A DNA stretch of 64,000 bases from Congzhengia sp. (GTDB lineage: Bacteria > Bacillota > Clostridia > UBA1381 > UBA9506). Shown here piece after piece: positions 17,783 through 26,716 of the stretch (the stretch's first letter is position 1; every line of letters starts with the position of its first letter). The position numbers were made by a program, and so were the translations under genes. Location: contig JAZNSC010000008.1 of NCBI GenBank assembly GCA_045591015.1, forward strand, positions 28,546-92,545. Reading direction: 5' to 3'. A model generated the notes under the pieces. It was not told where the DNA came from. It did no database searches and saw nothing but the letters and a program-made list of their open reading frames with translations.

Positions 17783-18514
17783 TTGGATAAACAATTTAAC
17801 TTAACAGACCTTTTAAAATTATATTTAAGACATTGGTGGAGAATAGTGCTGGTAATGGTTATATGCGGACTTTTGTCAGGCTTATACACAGCGTTTTTCG
17901 TTCATCCCACATATCAGTCTGCAGGCTCTTTGTATGCTGAAAATACATCAGAACCTGTTGCAGGTACTAATAATGTAAACCTAAGCGAAGTTATGGTACG
18001 TCAGGAGCTTGTAAAAACTTATGCTGAAGTTCTTTCCAGCAATGTTTTCTTGAAGAAAGTAGCAGACAAGGTAAACCTCGGTTATACATACCGCGATATA
18101 CTGAATATGCTTACAATGACAGACAAGAACGAAACCGAAATTCTTGTTATATGTGTTGAATCATACGATCCCCAGCACGCTTATGTTATTGCACAGACGA
18201 TAATAGACTTGGCATCTGAGCAAATCACAACAATCGTAAAAGGCGGTAACGTAAAGGTGCTCGATGAGCCCGAATACCCGATAGCACCCTCATCACCTAA
18301 TCTGGTGAAGAATATCGCTGCCGGACTTTTGGGCGGTTTGATACTTTGTCTTGCGGTAATCTATCTTATAGAGATGCTTGACAATAAAATCAAAGATTCC
18401 GAAATGTTATCAAAGACCTTTAAATATCCGATTTTGGGCGAGGTTCCATACATTGCCTCATCAGCAAACGGAAAAAAAGACGCAAAACAGAAACAAACTG
18501 CACTGAAGAATTAA
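17783..18514 (+). CDS. Wzz/CpsC/YwqC-type polysaccharide chain-length determinant (BY-kinase modulator) protein
   Basis: TTG start with AAGGAGA RBS. N-terminal TM 'WWRIVLVMVICGLLSGLYTAFFV' followed by 'PTYQS', and a C-terminal TM 'IAAGLLGGLILCLAVIYLIE'. Confidence 0.8.
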   Translation: MDKQFNLTDLLKLYLRHWWRIVLVMVICGLLSGLYTAFFVHPTYQSAGSLYAENTSEPVAGTNNVNLSEVMVRQELVKTYAEVLSSNVFLKKVADKVNLGYTYRDILNMLTMTDKNETEILVICVESYDPQHAYVIAQTIIDLASEQITTIVKGGNVKVLDEPEYPIAPSSPNLVKNIAAGLLGGLILCLAVIYLIEMLDNKIKDSEMLSKTFKYPILGEVPYIASSANGKKDAKQKQTALKN

Positions 18515-18530
18515 ATACAATCATAACAAA

Positions 18531-18558
18531 TAAGCCGCGACCCTCCGCGGCTTATTTA
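18531..18558 (+). terminator. rho-independent terminator
   Basis: Stem TAAGCCGCG/CGCGGCTTA followed by TTTAT. Confidence 0.7.
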
Positions 18559-18576
18559 TCTATAAAGGAGAAATAA

Positions 18577-19044
18577 ATGATAAAAAAACTTTTGCTTTAT
18601 ATAGCTATAATATTTGTTTCTGTACAAATATTCAATGCCTCATCACAGGTTGCCACAGAGTCTGCTGAAATGAGTGGCAAAATCACAAAAAAAGTGGTTG
18701 ACGTGATTGCCAAAGTGAAAAAAGTGGAACCGGAGAAAAAAGAAGATTTGTTTAATTCTGTACATCTTGTAATAAGGAAAACGGCGCACTTTGCAGAATA
18801 CGCATTGCTTACGCTGTTGGTGTTTTTGCTTACAAAATGCTATAAGCTCAAAAATTTCTGGTGCTTTTTAATAAGCTTGGGATACTGTATCATTTTTGCT
18901 GCAAGTGATGAGATCCACCAGCTTTTTGTATCGGGGCGAAGCGGAGAAATAAGAGACGTCATACTCGATTTCTGTGGCGGAATCACGGGAAGTGTTTTTG
19001 GATTTTTAGCCTGCAAAATTACCTCCGGAAAAAAAGCGCAATAA
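18577..19044 (+). CDS. VanZ-family membrane protein
   Basis: Four TM segments. 'RKTAHFAEYALLT' and 'DEIHQLFVSGRSGEIRDVILDFCG' are typical VanZ-like motifs. Confidence 0.8.
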   Translation: MIKKLLLYIAIIFVSVQIFNASSQVATESAEMSGKITKKVVDVIAKVKKVEPEKKEDLFNSVHLVIRKTAHFAEYALLTLLVFLLTKCYKLKNFWCFLISLGYCIIFAASDEIHQLFVSGRSGEIRDVILDFCGGITGSVFGFLACKITSGKKAQ

Positions 19045-19149
19045 ACGACAAAAAAATATTTTTTTCACATTTAACAATTTGTTCATACCGTTGTAAAAAT
19101 TATAGTTTATTATAATGATATAAAGAAATCTATTCGGGGGTAAATCAAG

Positions 19150-20535
19150 ATGGACGAATTCAAAAATAACATAAGCGATGAAAATAAAAATCACGAAAAT
19201 GAATATACAGATTATAAATTCTATGAGGCTGAAGCAGAACCGGCAATGAGCGGTACTATTTCCGAAGAAAACGCTCTTTCCATATATCGCCCAAAGAAAA
19301 AGAAAAACATATTCAAAAGCCCTATATTTGCAGCGATTATAAGCGCTGTTGTTACCAGTGCGATATGCTTTGGTATATTTACGGGTTTGAGCGGTGTTAT
19401 CGGTTCTACTCCAAAGAAAACCTTTCCGAAAAGTGAGCTTACAATAGCAAAAGGCAAAGATGATAACACAAAAACTGTAGTAAGCACTCCCACAGGCGAG
19501 AAGATGGCGGTGCCGGATATCTACGATAAAGTTTCTCCTTCTGTGGTAAGTATTATTTGCACGTCGCACGGAAGCGCACTCCAATTGGGCGCAAAGAGCA
19601 GTGGTTCAGGTGTAATACTCACAAAAGACGGATACATTGTAACCAATAACCACGTAATCGAAGGAGCAGCTATAATAACAGTTAAAACAATCGCAGGTCA
19701 GAGCCTTACAGCTCAGCTTGTTGGAACAGACGAAAGAACAGACCTTGCAGTTTTAAAGGTTGAAAGCGACAAAGACCTTCCCTTTGCTGAACTTGGTGAT
19801 TCATCGTCACTTCGTGTAGGGGATATGGCGATAGCTATCGGTAATCCCTTGCAGGCAGAGCTTGTTAGCACACTTACGGTTGGTTATATCAGTGCGATAA
19901 ACAGAACAATGGTAATAGACCAAAGACAGATGACCATGCTCCAGACAGATGCGGCTATCAACCCCGGCAACTCCGGCGGCGCACTGATAAATGAATACGG
20001 TCAGGTAATAGGCATTACAACAGCAAAGCACACAGGTTACGATATCGAAGGACTTGGCTTTGCTATTCCAAGTAACGAAGCAATACCGGTAATCGAGTCC
20101 ATAATTGCAAATGGCTACGTAACCGGAAGACCGCTTATCGGTATCACAGGTATAGACGTAACGGAAGCTATAGCAGAAGCAAATGACTTGCCTGTAGGCG
20201 TATTTGTTGATAAAGTCGTAAAAGGAAGCGCTGCAGACTTGGGCGGCATCAAAAAAGGTGACGTTATAGTAAAATTTGACGGCGAAAACGTCAAGAGTGT
20301 AGATGAAATAAACGCTATCCGCGATGACCACAAGATTGGCGACAAAATTGATGTTGTAGTTTCACGAAACGGCAAAAAAGTTAAATGCACAATAGAATTA
20401 CAGGAAGAAAAACCCGGCGAGCAGCAAGACGCTCAAAACGAACAGTACGATCAGGGTCAGCAGGACGGTTCAGATGGAGGAAGATATCCATCATACGGAT
20501 TCCCCTCTGATTTCTTCTCAATCTTCGGTTGGTAA
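19150..20535 (+). CDS. htrA: HtrA/DegP-family serine protease with N-terminal TM anchor and PDZ domain
   Basis: Catalytic triad contexts 'VTNNHVI', 'TDLAVLKV', 'GNSGGALIN'. PDZ domain 'GVFVDKVVKGSAADLGGIKKGDVIVKFDG'. Confidence 0.9.
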   Translation: MDEFKNNISDENKNHENEYTDYKFYEAEAEPAMSGTISEENALSIYRPKKKKNIFKSPIFAAIISAVVTSAICFGIFTGLSGVIGSTPKKTFPKSELTIAKGKDDNTKTVVSTPTGEKMAVPDIYDKVSPSVVSIICTSHGSALQLGAKSSGSGVILTKDGYIVTNNHVIEGAAIITVKTIAGQSLTAQLVGTDERTDLAVLKVESDKDLPFAELGDSSSLRVGDMAIAIGNPLQAELVSTLTVGYISAINRTMVIDQRQMTMLQTDAAINPGNSGGALINEYGQVIGITTAKHTGYDIEGLGFAIPSNEAIPVIESIIANGYVTGRPLIGITGIDVTEAIAEANDLPVGVFVDKVVKGSAADLGGIKKGDVIVKFDGENVKSVDEINAIRDDHKIGDKIDVVVSRNGKKVKCTIELQEEKPGEQQDAQNEQYDQGQQDGSDGGRYPSYGFPSDFFSIFGW

Positions 20536-20554
20536 AAGTGTTATAAATTTTATA

Positions 20555-20591
20555 AAGAAGCAAACGCAATATGGTGTTTGCTTCTTTTTTT
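20555..20591 (+). terminator. rho-independent terminator after htrA
   Basis: Stem AAGAAGCAAAC/GTTTGCTTCTT followed by a T-run. Confidence 0.8.
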
Positions 20592-20597
20592 GTCAAC

Positions 20598-20626
20598 TTG
20601 ACAAAAGGGGTGGTAAAGGGTATAAT
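20598..20626 (+). promoter_or_regulatory. consensus sigma-A promoter of trkA-trkH
   Basis: TTGACA 20598..20603, 17-nt spacer, TATAAT 20621..20626. Confidence 0.75.
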
Positions 20627-20632
20627 TGACAC

Positions 20633-20839
20633 ATACGGGATTTTATTTCATAAAATCCCTAAAAGCCTAATGGCTTTTTGTGGTCTTGCGACCACTGTGT
20701 CAATTGACGGCGTCGTAAAAATGCCCTTGCAAGCAAGCATTTTTACTCCTGGTAGAATTTGCCTAGCATCTAAACCATTGGTGTAAGACATCAAAACACT
20801 TCAGTCTTTACATAATATTTAAAATAAAGGACAAAATTT
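20633..20839 (+). promoter_or_regulatory. structured ~205-nt 5' leader of trkAH (candidate riboswitch/attenuator, class unresolved)
   Basis: Four stem-loops: 10-bp GGGATTTTAT/ATAAAATCCC (20637..20659); AAAAGCC/GGCTTTT plus T-run (20661..20679); GTGGT/ACCAC (20680..20695); AAAAATGC/GCATTTTT (20717..20744). Confidence 0.4.
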
Positions 20840-22243
20840 ATGATTATGAAGAAAAAAGCAAAAAATCAAAATAACGGTGGTTTAAACATCATAATTGTCG
20901 GCTGCGGTAAAGTAGGCACGACACTTATTTCGCGCCTTTGCGAAGAGGGTCACGATATTACCGTCATAGACAAAAACAAAGACGTAGTACGTAATATATG
21001 CGAAACCTACGACGTTTTAGGCGTAGTGGGTAATGGTTCAAGCTACAAAGTACAGATGGAAGCAGGTATAGAAAAAGCCAACCTTATGGTTGCTGTTACA
21101 GATTCTGATGAGCTTAACATTCTGTGTTGTACAATGGCAAAAAAAGTAGGTAAATGCTCCACAATCGCGCGAGTAAGAACGCCTGACTATGTAGACGAGC
21201 TTCACTATCTTCGTGAAAAGCTTGAGCTTTCGATTATCATAAATCCCGAGCTTGAAACGGCAAACGAAATAGCAAGACTCTTAAAATTCCCTGCGGCTCT
21301 TTCTATAAATTCCTTTGCCAGAGGTCAGGTAGAAATGATAACTTTTAAAATACCTGAAAAAAATATGATATGCGGAATGCCCCTTTATAAGTTGCAGCAG
21401 GAGCTTCCTTTTCAGGTACTTATCTGTGCAGTAGAGCGTGATGGCGAGCTTATAATTCCTAACGGTTCTTTTGTTTTAAATGCCGGTGACGTAGTGTCAT
21501 ACGTTTCCACTGCGAAAAACGCTCACGAATTCTTCAAAAAAATCGGACTAAAAACTCATAGAGTTTCAAATTCATTTATAGTAGGCGGCGGCAAAACATC
21601 TTACTACCTTGCAAAGCAGTTGCTTGAAATGGGCATTGAGGTTAAAATCGTTGAGAAAGATTTGGCACGATGCGAAGAATTAAGCGCATTACTTGACAAA
21701 GCAGTAGTTATCTGCGGCGACGGAAGCGACGAAAAGCTTTTAGACCGTGAGGGCTTTGACAAGGCAGAATCTTTCATTCCCCTTACAGGTATGGACGAGG
21801 AAAATATTTTCCTTACACTTCACGCGAAGAGAAGCCCCGAAACTAAAGTTATAACAAAGGTAAACAGAATAAGCTTTAATAATGTTATTGATAGTTTAGA
21901 GCTTGGTAGCGTTGTGTACCCTAAACACATCACAGCAGAGACCATTATCGCATACGTTAGAGCTAAAAAGAATTCTATCGGCAGTAACGTAGAAACTCTC
22001 TATCGCATATTTGGTGACAGAGCAGAGGCGATAGAATTTAAAATACAGACAGGTTCTCCTATTGTTGGTATTCCATTAAAGGATTTACGCTTAAAGAAGA
22101 ATCTCCTTGTTGCGTGTATTTCACGAGGCGGCAGGGTAATAATCCCCGGTGGTAATGATACTATAGCTGTTGGCGACAGAGTTGTAGTTGTTACAATGGA
22201 AAACGGATTTAAAGATGTTGCAGACATACTTAGTGAGGACTAA
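20840..22243 (+). CDS. trkA: Trk/Ktr potassium uptake regulatory subunit TrkA (two RCK/NAD-binding modules)
   Basis: Two Rossmann motifs, 'IIIVGCGKVGTTL' and 'FIVGGGKTSYYLA', each followed by an RCK_C-like segment. Confidence 0.9.
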   Translation: MIMKKKAKNQNNGGLNIIIVGCGKVGTTLISRLCEEGHDITVIDKNKDVVRNICETYDVLGVVGNGSSYKVQMEAGIEKANLMVAVTDSDELNILCCTMAKKVGKCSTIARVRTPDYVDELHYLREKLELSIIINPELETANEIARLLKFPAALSINSFARGQVEMITFKIPEKNMICGMPLYKLQQELPFQVLICAVERDGELIIPNGSFVLNAGDVVSYVSTAKNAHEFFKKIGLKTHRVSNSFIVGGGKTSYYLAKQLLEMGIEVKIVEKDLARCEELSALLDKAVVICGDGSDEKLLDREGFDKAESFIPLTGMDEENIFLTLHAKRSPETKVITKVNRISFNNVIDSLELGSVVYPKHITAETIIAYVRAKKNSIGSNVETLYRIFGDRAEAIEFKIQTGSPIVGIPLKDLRLKKNLLVACISRGGRVIIPGGNDTIAVGDRVVVVTMENGFKDVADILSED

Positions 22244-22248
22244 TAATT

Positions 22249-23733
22249 ATGAACATTAAGGCAATAAGATATATCTTGGGTTGGGTAATGAATATGGAAG
22301 CGGTATTTATGCTTTTGCCCTTTTTAGTATCATTTATTTATGGTGAGCGTGCAGGTTGGTCATTTTTGATGGTGGCACTTTTATGTGCTGCAATCGGCGC
22401 TGTTGCTGTCATAAAAAAACCCAAGAATATGGTTATATATGAAAAAGAGGGCTTTTTAATAGTTGCTTTTTCCTGGATATTGTTTAGTATTTTTGGTTGC
22501 TTGCCCTATGTATTAAATGGCGACATACCAAACTTCACCGATGCGCTTTTTGAAACTGTATCGGGATTTACCACAACAGGTGCTTCTGTTTTATCGAACG
22601 TGGAAGGACTTTCGCACTCAAGTCTTATTTGGCGAAGCTTTACCAACTGGATAGGCGGTATGGGTGTTTTGGTATTTTTACTGGCTATCTTACCCCAAAA
22701 GGGAGATGGCTCACAGATACACATTATGCGTGCAGAAAGCCCGGGCCCATCAGTTGAAAGACTTGTACCAAAAGTAAGAAATACAGCGTCTATTTTATAT
22801 ATTATGTATATAGCTTTGACCGTTGCGGAAATGATTTTTCTCATAGCGGGCAAAATGCCTGTATTTGATGCTGTAAATACTGCCTTTGCCACAGCGGGAA
22901 CAGGCGGATTTTCCGTTTATAATGATAGCTTTATAAGTGCCACACCTTATGCCCAGTGGGTAATTGGTGTGTTTATGGTACTTTTTGGTGTAAATTTCGG
23001 AGCATATTTCCTGATTGCTATGCGCCGTATTAAGCAAGCATTTCGCTATGAAGAAGCGCGCTGGTATATATTTATCATCATTGCAGCGGTAGCTATAATT
23101 ACCTGGAGATTGTTGCCCCAGGATATGAGCATTGAAGAAACAGTAAGACATTCGTTTTTCCAGGTGGCATCTGTTATAACGACTACCGGTTTTTGCACAG
23201 CTGACTTTAACCTATGGCCTCAAGCGGCAAAGGTAATAATGGTGCTTCTGATGTTTATAGGTGCTTGCGCAGGAAGTACAGGCGGCGGTATTAAGGTTTC
23301 GCGTATAATGATACTTGCCAAAACAGTAAAAAAAGAAATAATGATATACATCCATCCAAACAGTGTAAAGAAAATCAAAATGGAAGGCAAAGTAGTAAAT
23401 CACGAAACTGTTCGTGCGACAAACGTATTTATAATAACGTATATTGCTATATTTGTTGTTTCTGTATTTTTGCTTTCTTTTGAGGAGCACACATTGGAAA
23501 CAAGCTTCACAGCCGTTGTGGCTACACTCAGCAATATCGGCCCCGGCTTATCAGAGGTTGGTCCTGTGAGCAACTATGCACACTTTAATGATTTTTCAAA
23601 GTACGTTTTGATGTTTGATATGTTGGCAGGAAGATTGGAGCTCTATCCTATGCTTATGATATTTAACTACGGTATGTGGAAATCAGCTGTCGTTCCTGCA
23701 GTAAAAAAGAAACTCATAAGAAAAGAAAATTAA
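22249..23733 (+). CDS. trkH: TrkH/KtrB-family potassium transporter membrane subunit
   Basis: Multi-pass membrane protein with selectivity-filter-like repeats 'SGFTTTGAS', 'TAGTGGFS', 'TTTGFCT', 'GSTGGGIK'. Confidence 0.9.
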   Translation: MNIKAIRYILGWVMNMEAVFMLLPFLVSFIYGERAGWSFLMVALLCAAIGAVAVIKKPKNMVIYEKEGFLIVAFSWILFSIFGCLPYVLNGDIPNFTDALFETVSGFTTTGASVLSNVEGLSHSSLIWRSFTNWIGGMGVLVFLLAILPQKGDGSQIHIMRAESPGPSVERLVPKVRNTASILYIMYIALTVAEMIFLIAGKMPVFDAVNTAFATAGTGGFSVYNDSFISATPYAQWVIGVFMVLFGVNFGAYFLIAMRRIKQAFRYEEARWYIFIIIAAVAIITWRLLPQDMSIEETVRHSFFQVASVITTTGFCTADFNLWPQAAKVIMVLLMFIGACAGSTGGGIKVSRIMILAKTVKKEIMIYIHPNSVKKIKMEGKVVNHETVRATNVFIITYIAIFVVSVFLLSFEEHTLETSFTAVVATLSNIGPGLSEVGPVSNYAHFNDFSKYVLMFDMLAGRLELYPMLMIFNYGMWKSAVVPAVKKKLIRKEN

Positions 23734-23737
23734 AAAT

Positions 23738-23768
23738 AAAGAGCTGTAGCGATAGCTACAGCTCTTTT
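23738..23768. terminator. bidirectional rho-independent terminator between convergent trkH and the DUF1836 gene
   Basis: 13-bp stem AAAGAGCTGTAGC/GCTACAGCTCTTT flanked by an A-run and a T-run. Confidence 0.8.
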
Positions 23769-23769
23769 G

Positions 23770-24333
23770 TTATTCTGTTTTTTCAGAAATCCATTCGGTC
23801 ATCAATTTAAAGATATTTGCAGAAACCGCAACCTGAAGCACTAAATCATTTAACTTTTCGGGTGTGGCGTTATCGTCATCAAAGAAACGTTTTGCCACAC
23901 TGTAAATTTGGTCAGAAACATAAGAATATGCTTTGCCGTGGTTTGTAACAAAGGACGTATAAACAACCCTTAACGCGTCTTCATCGAGGTCAGGCGGTAT
24001 AATTTTAGAGATTGTTGCCATACTGAGAGTTTGCTTTAATATGCTGACCATAATCAGATACGCAAGGTGTATTTTTGAGTAACGTTTTCTCACCGGAGCA
24101 GGAATGGTTTTGTGCTTTACGTAGTTATTTATCATTGTGGAAGTGATTTGCAAGTCACTCTTTGGTGCTAAAAATATACTTAGATATTCATTTAGTAAAA
24201 CAACCACCTGGTCCATATATAAATCAATGGTAGGAAAATCATCCCAAGAGGGAAGCGAGAATGCCTTTAAATATTGTTCGCCTACCGTAAAAATTTGGTC
24301 CAACTGTTCTTTTGTGTAATTCACATATATCAT
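23770..24333 (-). CDS. DUF1836-like protein (commonly divergent from or adjacent to degV)
   Basis: Segment 'LPSWDDFPTIDLYMDQVVVLLNEYL...ITSTMINNYVKHK' recalled as DUF1836-like. The ATG sits directly after AGGAG, so the real start may be the GTG 9 nt downstream. Confidence 0.55.
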   Translation of the reverse strand: MIYVNYTKEQLDQIFTVGEQYLKAFSLPSWDDFPTIDLYMDQVVVLLNEYLSIFLAPKSDLQITSTMINNYVKHKTIPAPVRKRYSKIHLAYLIMVSILKQTLSMATISKIIPPDLDEDALRVVYTSFVTNHGKAYSYVSDQIYSVAKRFFDDDNATPEKLNDLVLQVAVSANIFKLMTEWISEKTE

Positions 24334-24417
24334 CTCCTATGAAGATTTTACCACAAAAAGTATCAAAAATCAAGAAATATAATTTTAAATATCAGCAAGA
24401 AACAAGTATATATACAC

Positions 24418-24446
24418 TTGACAAGTTATTCAATATGTGATAACAT
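24418..24446 (+). promoter_or_regulatory. candidate sigma-A promoter for degV
   Basis: TTGACA 24418..24423, 17-nt spacer, TAACAT 24441..24446. Confidence 0.45.
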
Positions 24447-24482
24447 AGTATCAGATACTAAATGCAATTTGGAGGTATAACA

Positions 24483-25352
24483 ATGTCATTCAAAATCATT
24501 ACTGACTCATCCTGTAATTTAAGCTTAGAAATGCTTAATGAACTTGGTGTTATTTTTAAGTCACTTACGCTTGTAATAGATGGCGAAGAAATCAACGACT
24601 ATATGACAGATGAGCGTTTCAGCTATAAAGGCTTTTATGATAAGCTTAGAAACAAAGAACATATCAAAACATCTCTAATCAATGTAGATGAATACACAAA
24701 AACTTTTGAAGAAATATTGAAGGACGGAGAAGACGTTCTTGCAATAACTATCTCAAGCGGCATCAGCGGAACATACCAGGCGGCAAAAATCGCCGCTGAC
24801 GGACTCCGCGAAAAATACCCCGACAGACAGATTATAGCCATAGATTCACTGGCTGCTTCTATCGGTCAGGGCATACTTGTTTACCACGCGGCAATGATGC
24901 AAAAAGAAGGTAAGTCAATAGAAGAGGTTGCAGATTTCGTTTACAAAAACCGTCTCAATATGGTACACAAGTTTACAGTTGATGACTTGTTCTTCTTAAA
25001 GCGCGGCGGACGTCTTTCGGGTGGTGTTGCTATCGTAGGTACAATCCTGCAGATTAAGCCTGTACTTCATGTAACCGACGAGGGCAAACTCGTTGCTCAG
25101 GATAAAGTAAAAGGCAGAAAGAAATCTATTAACAGTATTTTTGAAGAGTTTAAAGCAAATGCCATCGACCCCGAAAATCAGGTGCTTGCGATTTGCCACG
25201 GCGACTGCTTAGAAGATGCAGAATATTTAGCAGAAAAAATAAAAAGTGAATTTAACGTAAAAGATATTATTATAAATTACTGCGACCCGGTGCTTGGTGC
25301 ACATGCAGGTCCCGGAGTATTGGCACTATTCTATTTTGCAGATAAAAGATAA
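24483..25352 (+). CDS. DegV-family fatty-acid-binding protein
   Basis: GGAGG RBS before ATG 24483. 'KIITDSSCNLS', 'ISSGISGTYQAA', 'GAHAGPGVLALFY'. Confidence 0.9.
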   Translation: MSFKIITDSSCNLSLEMLNELGVIFKSLTLVIDGEEINDYMTDERFSYKGFYDKLRNKEHIKTSLINVDEYTKTFEEILKDGEDVLAITISSGISGTYQAAKIAADGLREKYPDRQIIAIDSLAASIGQGILVYHAAMMQKEGKSIEEVADFVYKNRLNMVHKFTVDDLFFLKRGGRLSGGVAIVGTILQIKPVLHVTDEGKLVAQDKVKGRKKSINSIFEEFKANAIDPENQVLAICHGDCLEDAEYLAEKIKSEFNVKDIIINYCDPVLGAHAGPGVLALFYFADKR

Positions 25353-25412
25353 GATAGGCTTTCGAAAAAGCGCAGACCACACAAGGCAGGAATTATTTTT
25401 AAATAGTAAAAC

Positions 25413-25456
25413 AAAGAAGCAATTCGCCATTTGCGAATTGCTTCTTTTGTGTTTTT
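25413..25456 (+). terminator. rho-independent terminator after degV
   Basis: 15-bp stem AAAGAAGCAATTCGC/GCGAATTGCTTCTTT followed by a T-rich tail. Confidence 0.85.
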
Positions 25457-25530
25457 ACATATATTAAGGAAAAAACTCTTTACAAAAAAGAATTTTTGTA
25501 GTATTTTATTATATAGGTGATTAAATCGGT

Positions 25531-26706
25531 ATGAATGACTTCAAAGATTTAGGAATACAAGAGTATATTGATTATTGGCTTTGGCTTTCACTAAAACCCG
25601 GTATGAACTCGGGAAAAATGCAGAAGCTTTTAGAGATTTTCTCGTCGCCCGAAGCCGTATACAATATGTCAGCAAAGGAGATTAGTCAGGTACGTGGCAT
25701 TGACAAACGTACCATAGCTGCCCTTTCTGACAAAAGCACTGCGCGCTTAAGTGAAGTCAAGCATCACTGCAAGCGCTTTGGAATTTTTATTTTAACCTAC
25801 GACAGTCCATATTTTCCTGAAAATCTAAAAAACATTTCATGCCCACCTTATGTGCTCTACACCAGAAGCCACACCAGAATAGATTTAAACAAATATATGC
25901 GCATTTCCGTTGTAGGCAACAGAATCGCCACCGACTACGGCATTACTGCTGCAGAAAATTTTGGCTATGCTTTAGCTGCAAATAACTTTGTAGTTGTCAG
26001 CGGTATGGCACTGGGCATTGACGGTGCTGCCCACACAGGAGCATTAAAGGCCGACGGAATAACTGTCGCGGTGTTAGGCTCGGGACTAGAAACTGCCTAC
26101 CCGAAATCACATCAGGAACTTATGAGAAGAATAATGGAAAAAGGTATGCTGATATCAGAATACCCGCCATATTCTAAACCTGAGCGCTGGCATTTTCCTG
26201 AAAGAAACAGAATTATTTCCGGTCTTTCTCAGGGAACATTAGTAGTAGAAGCGCCAAAAAGAAGCGGCTCTTTGATTACTGCAAACTACGCATTAGATGA
26301 GGGAAGAGATATATTTGCACTTCCCGGAAATATAGACAATACCAACAGCGAGGGTACTAATAATTTAATCAAGGACGGTGCATATTTAGTTACATCGCCT
26401 CGCGACATAGTGGAGCATTATTCCTTTGAATATTCTGAAGTAGCAAAAATAAAGGAAGCCCAAAGCTCACAAATGCCGCCCCAAAAAGCAAAAAAAGAAA
26501 TACCCGAAAGCTTTTATGAGGGCTTAACAGACGAAGAAAAGCATATAATAAGTAAGCTGTCCGATACGCCTGTGAATTTTGAAGTGTTGCTCACGCAGAC
26601 AGAAATTCCCGCCGACAGACTGGCATCGCAAATTACCATGCTTGAAATAAAAGGTAAAGTAAAAACCCATCCGGGCAAAAACTTTACATTAAATACAAAC
26701 AGATAG
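25531..26706 (+). CDS. dprA: DNA-processing protein DprA (Smf)
   Basis: 'VVSGMALGIDGAAH' and 'ERNRIISGLS.GTLVVEA..RSGSLITA' Rossmann-like DprA core, with a C-terminal winged helix. Confidence 0.9.
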   Translation: MNDFKDLGIQEYIDYWLWLSLKPGMNSGKMQKLLEIFSSPEAVYNMSAKEISQVRGIDKRTIAALSDKSTARLSEVKHHCKRFGIFILTYDSPYFPENLKNISCPPYVLYTRSHTRIDLNKYMRISVVGNRIATDYGITAAENFGYALAANNFVVVSGMALGIDGAAHTGALKADGITVAVLGSGLETAYPKSHQELMRRIMEKGMLISEYPPYSKPERWHFPERNRIISGLSQGTLVVEAPKRSGSLITANYALDEGRDIFALPGNIDNTNSEGTNNLIKDGAYLVTSPRDIVEHYSFEYSEVAKIKEAQSSQMPPQKAKKEIPESFYEGLTDEEKHIISKLSDTPVNFEVLLTQTEIPADRLASQITMLEIKGKVKTHPGKNFTLNTNR

Positions 26707-26716
26707 GAGAAAGAAA

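Noticed and set aside
19006-20331. Long antisense ORFs 19006..19584 (192 aa) and 19807..20331 (174 aa) opposite VanZ/HtrA
   Set aside because: They fully overlap well-supported genes on the other strand. Their composition is Cys/Tyr/Phe/Ile-rich and low in complexity. They have no RBS and no recognisable motifs, which is typical of shadow ORFs in AT-rich DNA.
20571-20786. 71-aa ORF between htrA and trkA
   Set aside because: It starts inside the htrA terminator and spans the consensus trkA promoter and leader hairpins. It has no RBS. I treat it as spurious.
20637-20800. Assigning the trkA leader to the c-di-AMP (ydaO-yuaA) riboswitch family
   Set aside because: The genomic context fits. However, I could not find the conserved ydaO sequence blocks or the pseudo-two-fold architecture by eye. 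It is kept only as an unclassified structured leader pending a covariance-model search.
22506-23490. Antisense ORFs (128, 118 and 92 aa) within trkH
   Set aside because: They overlap a confidently identified membrane transporter gene. Their composition is atypical and they lack translation signals.
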